A stretch of DNA of 64,000 bases from Adineta vaga (Eukaryota > Animalia > Rotifera). This document shows, one piece after another, positions 1-13,700 of the stretch. The DNA is taken from NCBI GenBank assembly GCA_021613535.1, contig CP075497.1:10912001-10976000 (forward strand). The letters are read 5' to 3'. Each line of letters opens with the position of its first letter. The stretch's first letter is position 1. Under the pieces are notes generated by a model, which saw only the letters and a list, made by a program, of their open reading frames with translations, was not told where the DNA came from and ran no database searches. The translations under genes were made by a program, and so were the position numbers.

Positions 1-1348
1 AAAGCCAAATGTTTGATATACGTACATCGTTTATGGTGTGATGGAGGTTTAAGCCATCGATACAATGCAATAATACCATAATTTGTAACAAACAAATCGA
101 TAAATGCTTTGGAATTCAAATCCAATCGAAGTTGATTATAACTTGCAATGAGATCAATTATTTTATTACATGTTAATAGAACAATTAAACAAGCATAAAG
201 TCGAATTAATGGTTCATTATCATCAAAAAGATGTGGACGATCCTTTAATAATCGAAAAGATCGATGTTCTTAATCAATAAATTTATCTTTTTTAAACTTA
301 CTTGATTTTTTTCACATTTAAGTATTTGTTCACATAATCGTCGATACGAACAAGAATAAAGATGTCGTGTTTGTCCGCTTGTTGTTGGACATTCAATTGT
401 TATCAGTGAATAATAGACTAATTTTAAATATGAAATTATTAAATTCGAATGATTTTTATTTAAACAATAATTTGATTGATCAGCAAGAATAGTTAATAAT
501 TTTGAATATCGTTCTAATGTGTCCGATGATATTGAAGGTGATATTGGCCATTCGGATAAAGCTGCTTGAGATATATCAGATAACCAATTGAATAGAAAGA
601 TTAAAGAATCTGTAGAAGCAATTGTTGGTATTTTTGAATTAGTTGTTGTCACTAAATAGAAAGATAGAGAGGATTTTTGTTTGATGAAAGGTTATTTACC
701 AAAGGTTGATTGTTCATTGGATTGATCGATGATGGATGTAGATTTAGTAGGTTCATCGGTTTGATTTATGGGAAGTTTTTTATGAGATTCGATTGTTTTT
801 TCTAATTCTTTGATTTTCTGTTCAGAAATTTGATTTAATCTTAATAAATTTTCTGCACGTTTTTCTGTTTGTTTACTTTTTTCAATTAATTTTTCATTTG
901 TTTCACGTAATTCATTGAAATTCCGTTTTAATTCACAATTTTGTTCACGTAAAACTTGTAAATTTTCATTTGTTCGTTTCAAATCTTTTGTCGCGACATT
1001 TAATTTTTCTTTATAACTATTCAATTCGGTATCAAATTTTTCTTTATGAGCTTGCCAACCATGTTCAATTGTTTCACGCATACGTTGTTCCCATTGATTT
1101 AATAGATCCGATTTTTTCTTCAAACGTTCGTTTTCTTCTGATAAACGTTGACGAATCGATAGAAGTTCACTATAAACAGCTTGAACGTTCGTTGAAGAAT
1201 ATCGTATGGATGCTAATGTTGTATCAATATCCGCATCGGCATTATCTGCTGCTGAACTATTGAGAGTTTTAATTTCATCATCAGATGATTGTTCATCACC
1301 GGAATGTAATGAAGAGAGAATAGTTTGATTTAAATCCACACAATTCAT
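1..1348 (-). CDS. CCDC138: Coiled-coil domain-containing protein 138-like, multi-exon, 3' end beyond window start
   Basis: ATG 1348 (MNCVDL). Coiled coil (VYSELLSIRQRL...) followed by LFNWLSD and LKLVYYSL...SYRRLCEQILK...DPLIRLYACLIV, resembling the CCDC138 C-terminal region. Intron at ~652-698. Confidence 0.7.
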
Positions 1349-1397
1349 CTTTTCTTTGATTCTGATTGATGAGAAGAGATTGACGAAGAATTCTTGT

Positions 1398-1411
1398 GTC
1401 GATATGGTAAC
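1398..1411. promoter_or_regulatory. Candidate RFX X-box (GTCGATATGGTAAC) upstream of CCDC138
   Basis: One mismatch to the GTHNYYATRRNAAC consensus, ~50 bp from the ATG of a centriolar/ciliary gene. Confidence 0.5.
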
Positions 1412-1944
1412 GACATGGATTGGATTTCGTTGAATATGGATGGTGTATTTTAAATCCAATCATAACGAATAAAATATTCTTTTTTTCTTATTAGAAAATC
1501 TTTTTTCCGAATATAAAAGATTATTTTCATAATCTGAAGAAATTTTTGTCATCGATTTGGCAAGTCCATTTTTCAATGGGTAAAACATGGATTATATAGT
1601 TGTTTATTTATGATTTTTTTCTCGATTGTAATTACACCTTATTTTTTGAGAAAAAGTAGGTAGAAAAAGACTTTTTAACTTTTTTTTATTCCTGAATTCA
1701 CAGATTTCTATATGGCGAATCATTTTCAATGTACAGATAACTATTGGTAGACAATATTTCATCATATGAAGTTCATGAATATCATTAATCAAAAAGGTCG
1801 ATCTTTTTCTTCGCTATACTGTATTCGTTTTGGCTATTAAATATCAATCATTTTGTATATAAAATACCTGAACTTCGTGTTTTTTTTGTACTTCGCCGTT
1901 TCGAGATTTGTAACTTCTTGTTTCATTTAGATCTGATCTCTTAA

Positions 1945-2593
1945 ATGACAATACAATCAATTTCTCATCAAAATTTTTATCTTTATCTCATATGTGTATC
2001 GATTGTAGCTGGATTTGATGCATACAATTCGATCGTTCGATTACAAACTTAAGAAAATGAAGAATAATAAATAACAATCCGAGTGAGATAAATCGAAAAC
2101 GAATGATAAAAACGCAAGTCAAAGTAATGATAAAGGTACATTAACATTAATCTATATTTGCTAAATTTTTTCCCAATGCTCTGGCTATGTTTATTTATTA
2201 TCTCTTTCGACATTCTCATTATTATCATCGAGTACATCAGCTACATTGGGTATTCTCATATTTATAGCTGGATTTCTTCTTCGATAAATCGTGATTTTAC
2301 AGTTGGGTAAATTTTATACATATAAAGTGAGCATTAGTAATGATCATCAAATGATTGATACTGGTCTATATTCATATATGCGACATCTAGCATATACAGG
2401 TACATTTTTAGAATTCACTGGTGCTGCACTTCTTTATAATCATTGAATTTTATCATAGTTTCTTTCATTACCATATCTTATTGTTGTACTTCAACGAATT
2501 AAACAAGAAGAAAAGGTTTTAATCGAAGAATTTAGATCAAAATATAAAGATTATATGAAAAAAGTTGGCATGTATTTACCAAAAATGACATAA
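1945..2593 (+). pseudogene. Isoprenylcysteine carboxyl methyltransferase (ICMT/Ste14)-family pseudogene, bacterial-like, no introns evident
   Basis: Manual translation: NDKGTLTLIY...GILIFIAGFLLR*IVILQLGKFYTYKVSISNDHQMIDTGLYSYMRHLAYTG...NH*ILS*FLSLPYLIVVLQRIKQEEKVLIEEFRSKYKDYMKKVGMYLPKMT*. In-frame stops at 2285, 2444 and 2456; the 5' part is frameshifted. Confidence 0.85.
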
Positions 2594-2699
2594 GAAATTC
2601 TTTAATCTTGCATTTATTCTCCTGTCGAACACAAATGATAATAATCAAGCTCAGATAAATCTTATAGATATTTTGTTTTCTAGATTTAAATAATTTTTA

Positions 2700-5600
2700 A
2701 TGCTTGAATTTACACTTAAATTTTTGAGTGGTGATAGTCGCAAGTATGAAGTTGACGAATCGGTATGAAATTTGTCTTGACGATTAATTTAAAATTCATT
2801 TTTAATCTATTGCATAGACAACTGTTCGTCAATTTAAAGAACGTTTACGCGATGAATTAAATATTCCAACTGAACGGCAACGTTTAATTTTTCAAGGAAA
2901 AGTTTTACAAGATGATACAAAATTGATTGATAGCAGTAAGTGAAAGATAGATTTTATTCTGATTGAATTTTTTAATCAAAATTTTCATTAGATATTCAAG
3001 ATAAAACAATTCATTTTGTTGAACGTGCGGAACCAATTCCGCCGCCAGCACCTACAAATGCTTCTGGTGGAGCATCAAACGGTACGGGTAGTGGTTCAAA
3101 TGATGGCGGATTAAATCAAGCAATGATGGATGAAGTTAATGAAACAACAAGTATTTTTATAAATGCGTTTCCAGGTGCTGGAAATTTACAACCGAATGAT
3201 CTTCAAGTTAGTTTCAAGATTTTGTTTTCTCATTATATATTTGGATCTTATCAATAGAATTTGGTACAAAATCTACTCAATGATTTGGGTGACGTTGGTC
3301 GACAAGCGCAAGTGAATACCGCAATGGCTGTAAGTAAATAAAAATTGATTATTATCAAAGGTTAATGAGACACTTTGCATTGTTTTCTTTAATTAGTCCG
3401 ATGGTCATGGTGTTGATATAAATATTGATTTTGGCAATGTAAATCAAATTTTCGAACAACAAGAAATAAATGAACGTTTTCGATCTATTGGACGTATGTT
3501 AACACGACTTAAACTTCGTATTGATCGTATCGAAGTAAGATTTCCAGCATCATAAATGCTCTACAAAATCATATCTTAACATTTTTTGTAGCAAATTGTG
3601 CAGTCAAATTTTCGCCTCACACCCACTCCACCACCACCAACTTCAGAAAGAACAGCAAGTCCAGCACGAGCGACTACAACACAAACAGAACCGACTACTC
3701 TTCCTCCACCACCGTCAACACCACCACCACCATCACAACCAACAACATCAACAACATTTCTTGGCATGGAAGATATAACATCAACTGAAATGGATGCAGA
3801 ATCACAAGGTTCAATAAATGCAACTGAAACACTTCATACACCCTCAAGTACAATTAGTACAACATCGACAGACAATACTGCAACACCAACAACAGCTACA
3901 AATAACAATCAAGCCATAACACCACCGTATGATAGTTCGACTATTCACTTTCATATTCTATAAACAAAACATTTTCATTGTAGACGAACAGCTCGCGATT
4001 TAGCTGAATTAATGAATACTATTGATACAGAACAACAACGATTACAAAGATATTATCAAACTTATATAACTACTATAACACAAAGTGATGCATTTGTAAG
4101 TGATTTAAAGCTAACTTTATTCGATCATTGAAAACGAATCAATTTACTTTTCTTTTTTTTTTCAAGGAACAAGAATTAGCCGGTCGTCAACGTTTCTATT
4201 CATTATACAATGAAGCAACACATTTAATTGCTCATGTTTATCATAATGTCACTGATTTTACTCTTGATTTGAATGATCCATTGGAAACACGTTTATTACA
4301 TTTGGGAGAATTACCAATTTCACAAGCTGGTCTTGCTACAGTTGCACAAAATGCTACAGGTGCTTTAATATCTGGTCAAGATGGTGGACCAAGAATCTTA
4401 CCACGTACTTCACGTTCTATCGGACGTCGGGTAAATACATTGATTTTCTTTTCTTTTCGAGATTATCAAAGATACAATATGACATATTTTCTAGCCAGCA
4501 GCTGTAGCAACAGCACGTATCATGGGTCCAATACAAATAACTGCGGGCGCAAATCCAGCAATGATGTCTGGTGAAGTTCGAATGCCATTTCAAAATCCAA
4601 TGGTACAAATGCCTCGCATGGTTAGTTAGCTAATCAGTCCATTTAGTCTCCTATACTCTCTTGTTTAGGTACTCAATACTAATCCACGGCCAACAATGCC
4701 TTTCCGTCCTTCAACACCAGCAACAGCTAATAATGGTGGCATGCAACAATCCATGCGTTTCAACTTAGGAACATTACCATATACATTCATGCAAATGGGA
4801 CCTGATGGAATTACTCTAAATCAAGTGTCAGCATCCGTTGTTGCAGATGTACAAACTGCAAACTCTCCACCATCACAATCATCTGCAACAAATAATTCAG
4901 CAAATCAATCAATACCAAGTAGATAATTAATCTTATCTAATATTTCTTTACTTTCGAATGATCAATTATTTTACTTTTAGTTAATCTTGGTCAAGGTTCT
5001 TCACATATGATTTCAAGTCCTATACATATAAACGGTGGTCAATTAGATAATAATCTTGCTGCTGAAATAGCTCAACGTGTTTCAAATAGTGTTCAACGTT
5101 CGTATTTCATTTTCCTTTCTCCATTTATTAAGATCGTACTATGATTATTTTCTTCATTTTATAGAGCATTTTGCTCAAATGGCTAATCAATCAACAGCAG
5201 GTGCTACAAATAACAACACTCAACCACTAAATAATAATCAAAATATAGCTGATTCTCTTCTGCGTTCAGCATTTACTCTTCAACCAGACTCCGTTTTATC
5301 AACTCGTGATCGTAATGACGCAATACGATCACGTTCTGCCGATTCACGACCATCTAATCCTAATACTGGTGTTTCAACCGGATCAATTGTCGAAGATGAT
5401 GATGGTGAATGGATTGATGTACCATCAATGGATCTTCCTCTTCCAACACAACAAGTCCCAACACCACCAATACCACCGATTCCTCGCCTTCGAGGACCTG
5501 CTATCATACGTAAGACATTTAAGAAAAGATAAAAATCGAAATTATAATCTTTATTTCAGAATCAATTGATCGAAGCTTACCATGTGCATCACCGTATTTT

Positions 5601-8199
5601 ACACAAACACTTCGTCCACCATTCGATAATCCAAATAATGCCACAAACTTAACACCAAATGAAGCAGCTGCATTAGGTAACACAGCAAATCGTGCCGTCA
5701 TCTTTGCAACAGCACCACAACGTCCACGTGGTCGTCATCGTCATCCAGCTGGACCATGGGCACAACAAAACCAACAACAACAAATGCAAAATTTTATGCT
5801 CTCATCACCTGGTGCTCCTGCAGGTGCGGCTATGTTTACACCTGGTGGTCATGCTTATAATATGACAGCACATTCCTTTGAAATTCCAATGGTTATCTCA
5901 ACTACAACAAATACTGCGATGCCTCAACCACCAACACTCTCAGCAGTATCAGCAGCAGTATCTAATGATAATGCACAACAACGTCCACAATCAACAACGA
6001 ATGAAGGAGAACAAGTTCAAATGGTAGTAATTCAATAAGCTTTTGTTTTTCTGTTTCTATAACTTTTATTTGACTGTTTTAGAATGCCGTCTTAAGTCAA
6101 GTACTATCCCAAATTTTACCTGGTGTTTTACGAAGTGGTAATGGACGAGTCCGATGTATGTAGAATTGTTCTTGATAGCAACTATATTCTCTTCTCTACC
6201 ACGTTTTTTTTATTTAGTAAATATTGGTCAAAATAATCCTAACAATCAAAATACTCAAACTTCTCAACCAATACCAGCACAAGCTACTGGAACAAATCCA
6301 ACTCAACAAGCAACACCTACAGTTAACAACATTCCTGGAGTTGTTGCTGGTGGTTTAGATTTTTCAAATTTTGCTCGATCAATTAATAGTATGGTACAAG
6401 GTATAACTGGACGACTTATACCTGGAGCAACATTAATTAATTCAACATCATCGACAGCTGCCCCAACATCGAATACAGGTTCTTCATCGCAGAATAGTAA
6501 TTCATCGACAAGAACAAACAACAATAATAATGAAAATGACAATGTTACTGAACACATGTTATCAGGTAAATTCAGTTTGAAAGAAGAAATGATTTTTCTA
6601 ATATTAATTTTTCTAGAATTATTACGTTTATTGGGTGGTGGTCTTGATAATCCAGAATTAGAAAATCTTACCATTGGTGCATTTATGCAACGTTTTGGTG
6701 AAGATGTGGAATCTCGATCAACTGATGGTACAAAATTTCCAACGATTAGTATCTTATATTAAACATTACTTTCTTTTTATCTTAGGAACAAATATTATTA
6801 GTGAATTATTTTCTACAATGACAACGCGTATGCGCTTTACTGATGTTTGGAATATCGTTTTGGGTAATCCAGTTGGAGCACGTATCAATGAAGCACGTCA
6901 ATCAGCAACTGAATATTTACAGTAAATTAGTTCTATTCTTGATTAATTGATTATATTTATTTATTTTTTCAAATAGAACTGTTGTTCTTCGTGGACGACC
7001 GATAACAGAAGAAACACTTGAAGAATTAACAAATAGTCTTTATGAATCACTTTTACAAGAAGCTTCTATTAATTTTGTATGTGATAAGAAGAACTCAATA
7101 TTTTCGTAATGAATCTTTTTTTTCTCCTAGAATGAACTTCGAGTTAGACCAAATATTAATATTGCAAATGTTATGAAACGTTTCTTTCATCATCATGCTC
7201 GGAAATTATTACATATTTTATTCAATGATGGTATGTTAATAAGTTAGAAATGTATATTAATAAGTCATTTTTATTTAGCCGATAATGTTTGGTTTGAACA
7301 TTTTCGACAACAATTAACAACAATGAGAAATGAATATTTAGCAGTATCATCACAATGTCTTGAAGGTGGAGAAACAGCTGCAATAGATTTCATTCTAAAT
7401 CGACATGTAATTTTATTTTTATAAAAATGAAATTAAAATTTTCTTCTCATTTTTGTTTAGCGTGTTATTTTTCGTTCGACAAATCCAATGATTGTTACAT
7501 GGTCAGAGACTTATCTTAGAACATCTTTAACAAATGCATTCAGTACGGTTCGTACCTCACCACCTAATGTACAACAATTTCTAATTGAACCGACACCGGT
7601 CATTGAACGTCGAGTCCCTCCTCCTCCTTCTGTTACTACTGCCACTACTTCTTCTCCTTCAACAACATTAATTAGCAGTAGAATAAACCGAGTTGATCAA
7701 GAACGTGGACCAGCAACGACATCAACTACACCAAGTACATCTTGGCAAGGAAATTTACCTGAGGTTTGTATGATACTTGAATTAAATTGACATTCTTTAG
7801 AATTGAAATCTGTAGGATTGGATTCCAATTGTTATTCGTGATGTAAACAGTCAACATGATGCACCTGCACAACCTCCATTTAGTGATGTTTATAAAGAAG
7901 GTATGCCAGCTAAACGACGTCGTGTTCATATGCGTGAAGATTTAACTTCATCAAATTTATTACAAACATTGGTTTTACGTGCTTCATCCGCTAGTTCATC
8001 AACAAATCAGATATCAAATCCAACAGCATTAACAGCTGAAAATGTTTTGACTGGTGAAGCGGCATCACCAACACTTGTCGATACGTTTGAACAAGAACTT
8101 AAACGTCTATTAGAACAACGTCTAAGACAAGATCGAGATTATCCTGAAGTACAAAATCGTATGCCAAATACAAAACGTTATTTGGATGGTGATAAATAA
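2700..8199 (+). CDS. BAG6: Large proline-rich protein BAG6 (BAT3/Scythe), many exons
   Basis: N-terminal ubiquitin-like domain (MLEFTLKFLSGDSRKY...ERQRLIFQGKVLQDD), long P/T/N-rich middle, C-terminal WIPIVIRD...PFSDVYKEGMPAKRRR...RLRQDRDY...RMPNTKRY. Confidence 0.9.
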
Positions 8200-8615
8200 C
8201 ATGAAAATTATCTTCTTTCTATTTATTCATGTACAGAATTCTTCTAAACAAGAGACACATGGAAAAGCAAACTTTCTCTCTCTATATACAAATATACATA
8301 TTGTTATCCTAAACAAAAAAAAATGTTTTTTTTTCGTTTTTTTTCTGTGTTCTTTCATATTTTGGATGATTCGAAGACAACGGGACGTTAAAGATTTGTG
8401 TATTTATATTTATCTAAGCGGTCTGTTTGGTTCTAATTCTGAGCAATCGATCTGTATCGTTTCGTTTTCATATTTTCTCTCTTTTTTCTGTTCGAAAAAA
8501 ACAAAACACCGCTAATAGAATGTGTAAGACATATAATAAACACGCGTGCATGACAATAAAAACAAGTGCTTGAAATTTTAGATAAAATATTCTCGAATTA
8601 TTTTAGACAAGCAAT

Positions 8616-9485
8616 ATGTTAAAATCGTTACGAGATTCATTTGAAGTTCTTCGTGATCAAGTATGGTTCTTTCGATTTTTTGTCATCCTCAGTGTTGTAT
8701 GTGTTTATCGAATGTTATTACATTTTGTTTTACGTTCAAATCATTGTCCAAATCCATTTTGTTCGAAATGTTTGGGCACAGGATCTGTTCGTGGTCGTGC
8801 AATTAATCGTATTAAACAAGATAATAATGATGAAGATAGTCCTTCAAATTCAATTATTCACAATAATTTAATGCAACATGATCGTTTATGTCAGAAGAAT
8901 GACGAAAAACCAACGGTATATTTTCATCGTGGTTTAAGTAGTACACAAATTCAAATAATGGATGAAAATATTTTGTTAGAACATTATGACGAACTTCGAC
9001 AAGAACTTGTAAAATATTTTCAAGAAAATGAATCGATTTCATGGACAGATTTGAATCTCTATGAAAATGGTGAAGAAAATCTCGAAAATTGTAAAACATT
9101 TCCAAAACTATTTGAAATTCTTCAAACATTACCTAATGCGATCTGTATTAATAATCCTAAATGTCTTTTTGGAAATTGTTTTCTTACACGTTCAACATCT
9201 GAACATATTCAAGAAACTTCGAATGGTTCAACAAATTGCTGTATTCGAATGCATTTTGGTTTGATATGTGATGATCAATCTTCTGCATATGTTCTTCTCA
9301 ATAAACGTAAACGTTTACCGATCAAAAATAACAACTCAATTATTTATAATTATGCACTTGAACATTCCATTGAAAATCCAACGGAAAAACAACAAGTATT
9401 TTTAACAATTGACTTTTGGCATCCTGATTTATCAAAGGCAATGCGTCAACAATTAACATCTATTTTTGATATGGATTTAGCATAG
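8616..9485 (+). CDS. Aspartate beta-hydroxylase domain-containing protein (ASPHD1/2-like), single exon, N-terminal TM
   Basis: TM helix, CPNPFCSKC, CKTFPK, FGNCF, TNCCIRMHFGL and IDFWHP motifs. Confidence 0.8.
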   Translation: MLKSLRDSFEVLRDQVWFFRFFVILSVVCVYRMLLHFVLRSNHCPNPFCSKCLGTGSVRGRAINRIKQDNNDEDSPSNSIIHNNLMQHDRLCQKNDEKPTVYFHRGLSSTQIQIMDENILLEHYDELRQELVKYFQENESISWTDLNLYENGEENLENCKTFPKLFEILQTLPNAICINNPKCLFGNCFLTRSTSEHIQETSNGSTNCCIRMHFGLICDDQSSAYVLLNKRKRLPIKNNNSIIYNYALEHSIENPTEKQQVFLTIDFWHPDLSKAMRQQLTSIFDMDLA

Positions 9486-9698
9486 AAACTGATCTTGTTC
9501 GTATTATTTTTAGTTCAATTTTCTAATACTCAAAAAGTAGTCTGATAGATTAATGTCCTTTTCTGTTCTTTTTCTTTTTTTTTATTCTTATTACATCGAA
9601 ATAAATCAAAATAGGAGAAAGATCACTTCAATAATCAATCAAATCTCTATTCAACTCCATTTTTCTTTCTAGTTGAATGATTGATTTTAGTTTGACGA

Positions 9699-10348
9699 AT
9701 GTTTATACTTGGTAATATTTGCAACAAGAAAAAAACATATCAAACATATTTTTCCTTTAGCTTTTGAAATTATTATATGTGTTTTATTAGCGATTGGTTT
9801 GATAGTAACATTAATCTTCTGTAATAAGTATAAATTTCGATTTCATCTCATTTATGATCGATAAAAAAATGGAAAACTTCTTTAGTATGCCTTCGAGAAA
9901 ATCCAACAATGAAAAACAGGAAATCATTAAATTTTTACCAACGACAATCAATGAAGAATTATTAGTACAAAGTACATTGATGGCATATTATGAACAACAA
10001 CGAAAGGAATTGATAGAACGACAGAAGTCAGTGTTTACATTTTCATAAAAGTTTTACTTTGGATTTCTTAGAATGGCTATAGATGATTCACTAATGGATA
10101 TAACCGTTTTAAAAACGAATGATTCATGCTATTCATCAATACCTTCACCATCTGGAACTCCTCATTCTGTTTATGAATGTAGTGGTTTTGCTTCTGTAAG
10201 TCATAATATTTTTAATTCACAATTTCTGAATAATTTCTTTTTTGTTTCGTAGATGGATAATCTCGAAGTATCAAATCCTTTATTCACAACTGATATTCTC
10301 GGTGACTATGAACAACAATCGCTAACATCATTTTCAACAGCTAAATAA
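9699..10348 (+). CDS. Small single-pass membrane protein of unknown function (5 short exons)
   Basis: In-frame GT-AG splicing gives MFILAFEIIICVLLAIGLIVTLIFCNNMPSRK...RQKMAIDDSL...GFASMDNLEVSNPLF...STAK*. Confidence 0.55.
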
Positions 10349-10716
10349 AAACTTTTTATTATATAATTCTTTGTTTGAGTCAGATACTGCTATTGTCATG
10401 ATAGTTTTGATGATATTTTTCTTTATAACGTGATGACGAATTTAATATAAAAACGATAAATGCAGATAACAACTTCAGGAAAGAATCTCAATACATTCTC
10501 TTTGTTATTTCATCATAAAATATCTAGTTGTGTATGATTGATTTACATTGAGATGACCGGTTAAAGACCAGCGTCATCTATCTTTTCTTTTTATCAAAGA
10601 CTATACATCATCACGTCGTCTTTGTTTGACGTACGAATTGAATTGAACCGTTCGTTCTTTCTTTCTTCAAAATTGTCTCATTGCTCGTTCTATTCTTCGG
10701 ATCTGAATTGTACAAA

Positions 10717-13700
10717 ATGGAGAAAGCAATTCGAACTATTCTTGATCAAGCACAAAATAATAATATTCGACATGGTGAACATCTCAAAACACTTGCTGAT
10801 CTCTATACAAAGGTTTCTTTTTCATCATCTTCTTTGTTCTTGAAATTTCCTCTCTTTTTGTTTTCCAGTGTAATCAACAATCATTTCATGATGATTTTCT
10901 TCGTTGTATTGCTTCAACTATTAGTTCTCCATCCAATTCAACTTTCGTTGGACATGCTCTTCATTTCATTTCATCATTTCTTACTTTAGAAATCGGTTCA
11001 ACAACAGAGAATAATGATGATAGTATACAGGGCGATCTTTTTCATCCTATTTTACCACGTGTTATTCAATTTTTTGATGAAGTAATTGAAAATCTTCTTT
11101 GTATTTGTTGATTAGTTTTGTTTACTTTGTTCTTCTAGCATAAAAATCATCCGAGTGATTATGTTCGTGCAAATATATGTGTTCTTATTGGTCAAACTTT
11201 GGAGAAAATGGCTGAAAATGCTGAATTAGATGGAGAGTTATTTGAATTATTAGTTAACATTAGTCTCGATCGTATGAATGATCGAAGCTATCAAGTTCGA
11301 GCTCAAGCAGCAAAAGCAAGTGGTCGATTACAAAATACCAAAGATCCTGATGATCTCATTACTAAACGTATTTTTCTTTTCCTATATTAAATAGATTATA
11401 ATCTTAAATTCTCTAGGTCTTATTTGGTTAATGGATCATGATTCTCATCCACTTGTTCGTAAAGAATCTCTTCGATCGATTGCTATAACACGCTCAAATT
11501 TACCTCATTTCTTACGACGTCTAACCGATACAAATGCTACTGTTCGTCTATGTGCATACAATGTTTTTGCACAAAAAGTACAAACATTAAAAGTATTACC
11601 GACAAGAGAACGATGCAATATTGTTCGAATGGGCATGGATGATCCAGAAGAGCCAGTAGTTCGTGCTTTTGTTGAATGTGTTGTTCATACATGGATTGAT
11701 AAATTACCAGTTCCACCTGGAGCGGATGTAACACAACAGCCCGATGCTCATAAAACTGTAACTGGCTTTTTGAAAATGATCGACGTTATGGATATTGGTG
11801 AACAAACTGGACGAATATTAAAAATGTTATTTGATGATAATTTAACAAAACATTATGATCATTTTAAAGAAGTATTTATTAGTGATAGGTAAAGAATACA
11901 TCTTGTACAAGAATTGTTTCCTTTACGGGCTTTATTTGATGTTTTAGAAAGTTAATTGAAGTTGAACAACTCGATTGTGAATCGGCATTTTTTTGGCAAC
12001 ATCTTGTTGAATATCTTAGTCGACATGATGAACATAGTGACAAATTAGAAGCTATTCTACCTGAACTTGTTGATCTTGTCGATGTACTTTACGAGTAAGT
12101 TCTTATTTAGCTGATTTATTCATTTCAAAACTAATTCTTCTTGTATTCAGATTAATTCGTTCGTATCATGATGATTCATCAAGTGATTCAGTTGCTGCTG
12201 AAATTAATTTCGTTGTTGATTGTGTTTTACATGTAATGGTTCATTGTAAATTTGATGATTTAGCTGGAAGATATCGCGTTGAAACGTTATGTCGTGATAT
12301 GTTCTTTATGGAAGAGATCAGTACGACGACATATAAAATGATTATGAATATTATGAAGAAAATTGAACCAAAATTTGAACATCGACAGAGAAAAACCATT
12401 GAAATGTTAGCTGATTTAGAAAAACGTGAAAGTCGAAGTACTTTACATATTTTAGCGGATCGAAAAAGTGAACATGAAGTAAGTGTGATTAAGATTCCCC
12501 ATTTGACATATTTTCATGTCTATCTTTTTTCAAGATAATTGCTTTACGTGAACGTCAATCCACTCTACAAGATTGTTTACATCGTATTCGTGATCATGAA
12601 ATTGCATCACAGAATGTTGATGAACGTATTCGACTTGAAAAAGATCTTAATCAAGTTAAAGAACGTCTTTCACATTATGATCATACTATGATGTCGACAC
12701 AATCACAATCGCAATCACATATGAGTTCAATTACATCTGCCGGTGATCGTTCAGCGGTATGAATTATTTCTTCTTGTCAAATGAAGGTAGAATCGTTCTT
12801 TTATTTCAATTTTCTATAGATTGATCAACGAAATTTTATGCTTGTTAAACGTTTAACAATTCTTTGTGAACTTTTATCAACAACAATGCCGAATAAGATT
12901 TTACCACCATCATTTGTAACTTATGCACGAGATTTAGTAAGAAATTTCCCTCAAATTGTAAACTAAATTTAGTTTGTTAACTGGTTGATTTAGGCTGTAT
13001 CAAGTTTGATGTCACTTGATATTGTAGTTCGTCGTCATGCCGTTCGTGCAGTAGGATTACTTTCAGTATATGATAAACAATTAATGATTGAAAGTCTTGA
13101 ACTTATTAATAAAGTAAAACACTAAAACTTTCGAATCATTTCTTATATTTATATCTATGAATTCCATTAGGTTATTGAAAATGATGCATCAGTCGTTGTT
13201 ATTGAAGGTTTGAATGCTTTGGGTGATATGTTCATTCGTCATAATGCATTGAGTATGATGAAAAATTTGAATAACACTCAACAAGTTATTCAAGCCGTTG
13301 AACAAGGATTCAGTCTTATAGCTCAAATGGTCGATAGTCGAGTAAGTTCGGTGATGAAATAGTTCAGAAAACAAATGTTGACTAAATTTTTTTCATTCTT
13401 ATTCAGATTGTAAATGTTCGTCTAACAGCGTTAACGAATATGATAAAATTATTTTTTGTTGGTCAAATCAATAGTGGCGAAGCATTTGCTAAACTAATTG
13501 TTGCTTGGTATGATGAATCTACAGATGTTCGTGTGGGTGGTCTTCTTACAACATTTTTTCCAGCTTATGCTGATAAATTCTGGTAAAATTTCCTCAATTC
13601 TATTCTATTTAATTATATTTTCTTTTGAAGGCAAACGGATAAATATTTATTTAATGCTTTACAACCATCGATTGAAGGCCTTCTGAAAAATGATTTAACT

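Noticed and set aside
1945-2593. Stop-codon readthrough or recoding of the ICMT-like ORF
   Set aside because: All three stop types occur, along with frameshifts and motif-damaging substitutions. Neighbouring genes use the standard code.
3576-6674. Alternative-frame and antisense ORFs (poly-His, poly-Gly) within BAG6, and similar overlaps in other genes
   Set aside because: Shadow ORFs produced by low-complexity Pro/Thr codons of the real exons.
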